Below, piece after piece: positions 33,551 through 34,197 of a stretch of 34,197 nucleotides of DNA. Numbering within the stretch: position 1 is the stretch's first letter; each line of letters opens with the position of its first letter. Source of the DNA: a virus (lineage: Duplodnaviria; Caudoviricetes); the IMG/VR virus record IMGVR_UViG_3300020045_016851, positions 1-34,197 of that record. The stretch is one strand, 5' to 3'. The position numbers were made by a program, and so were the translations under genes. Below the pieces are notes generated by a model. It did not search any database. It saw nothing but the letters and a program-made list of their open reading frames with translations, and was not told the DNA's origin.

Positions 33551-33816
33551 TGGAAGGGTTGCGGAAGGGTTTGTGGAAGGAATTCCCGGCGGATTTCTGC
33601 GCCTTTGGAAGGTTTGGAAGGGTTTCCGCATACCCTTATATATGTGCGCATGCGCATGCGCGGGCGTATGTGCGGGCGCATGCGCCTGCACAGAACATTA
33701 AAAATACTTCCAATCCTTCCAACCCTTCCAAATAAATAGATAAGTATCTGAAAGGACTTCGTTTTATGTCTGACAGAAATTTTGAAAGCCTTCCAACACC
33801 CTTCCACCACCCTTCC
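33551..33816. other. Putative replication origin with converging GGAAGG/CCTTCC iterons
   Basis: Five GGAAGG copies at left, several CCTTCC copies at right, around alternating purine-pyrimidine and AT-rich tracts. Confidence 0.65.
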
Positions 33817-34197
33817 GGGCAGGTTTTGACCGTCTGGACCTTTGACGGGGTACAGGCCGCGCTGGTCGAGGCGTTTGATTTGTGGCGGCGGTCGCCGGGT
33901 GGCGGGCGCTGGCCGTTTGCCGGGGACGGGCCATGGCAGTGGGCACGGTCGGTCGAGTGGGGCGACTATGCCGATCCGGATGCCAGCCCGCGCCTGTCGC
34001 CGCTGAGCCGCGCCGAGGTGGCCACACGCGACGCGGTGAGCGGTTGGCTGGTCCATGTGCCCGAACGCGACCGAAGGCTGGTGGTGATGGCCGTGGCGCA
34101 GCTGGTGCGCGGTGCGGCGCGGGTCAACTGGATGGCGCTGCGCGGGCCGATGGGGGTTGCTTTGGGGGCGGATGGCCTGCGGATGCGGTATGGCCGG
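33766..34197 (+). CDS. Putative late-gene regulator (DUF6362-like), 3'-truncated, not in ORF track
   Basis: AAAGGA RBS; open to the window end; 'WTFDGVQAALVEAFDLWRRSP...WLVHVPERDRRLV...GLRMRYGR'; lambda Q-equivalent position. Confidence 0.7.
   Translation, partial: MSDRNFESLPTPFHHPSGQVLTVWTFDGVQAALVEAFDLWRRSPGGGRWPFAGDGPWQWARSVEWGDYADPDASPRLSPLSRAEVATRDAVSGWLVHVPERDRRLVVMAVAQLVRGAARVNWMALRGPMGVALGADGLRMRYGR

Larger units (their letters stand above)
1..34197. mobile_element. Temperate siphovirus genome (HK97/lambdoid organisation), near complete, excised form with intact attP
   Basis: Continuous head-tail-lysis-att/int/xis-cI/cro-replication order; no host genes; phage genes on both sides of the att core. 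Confidence 0.95.

Overview
The window is an almost complete genome of a GC-rich temperate siphovirus with an HK97/lambdoid layout. The host is probably an alphaproteobacterium (Sphingomonadales-like DnaG, Cro and GTA-type tail genes; inference). It runs from a truncated small terminase through head, neck, tail, lysis and a side-fibre module (118-19905, + strand). A leftward accessory/early block follows (19917-25620), containing an intact attP whose core is the 3' part of a tRNA-Val(TAC), plus int and xis. The cI/cro switch with repeated 14-bp operators sits at 25650-27340. A rightward replication operon (CII-like, DNA methyltransferase, DnaG-D5 primase-helicase fusion, iteron-like origin, truncated late regulator) ends the window. 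The main finding is a stand-alone anti-CRISPR operon at 19917-20596 (-): an AcrIC5-like acidic protein followed by an Aca2/YdiL-like HTH regulator. It has an operator palindrome filling the promoter spacer, 5'-UTR stem-loops, and a perfect 15-bp inverted repeat bracketing the acr gene and covering the aca start codon. The first 117 bp are an exact inverted copy of part of the portal gene, probably a chimera artefact. All family assignments come from motif recognition and recalled sequences, not database searches.
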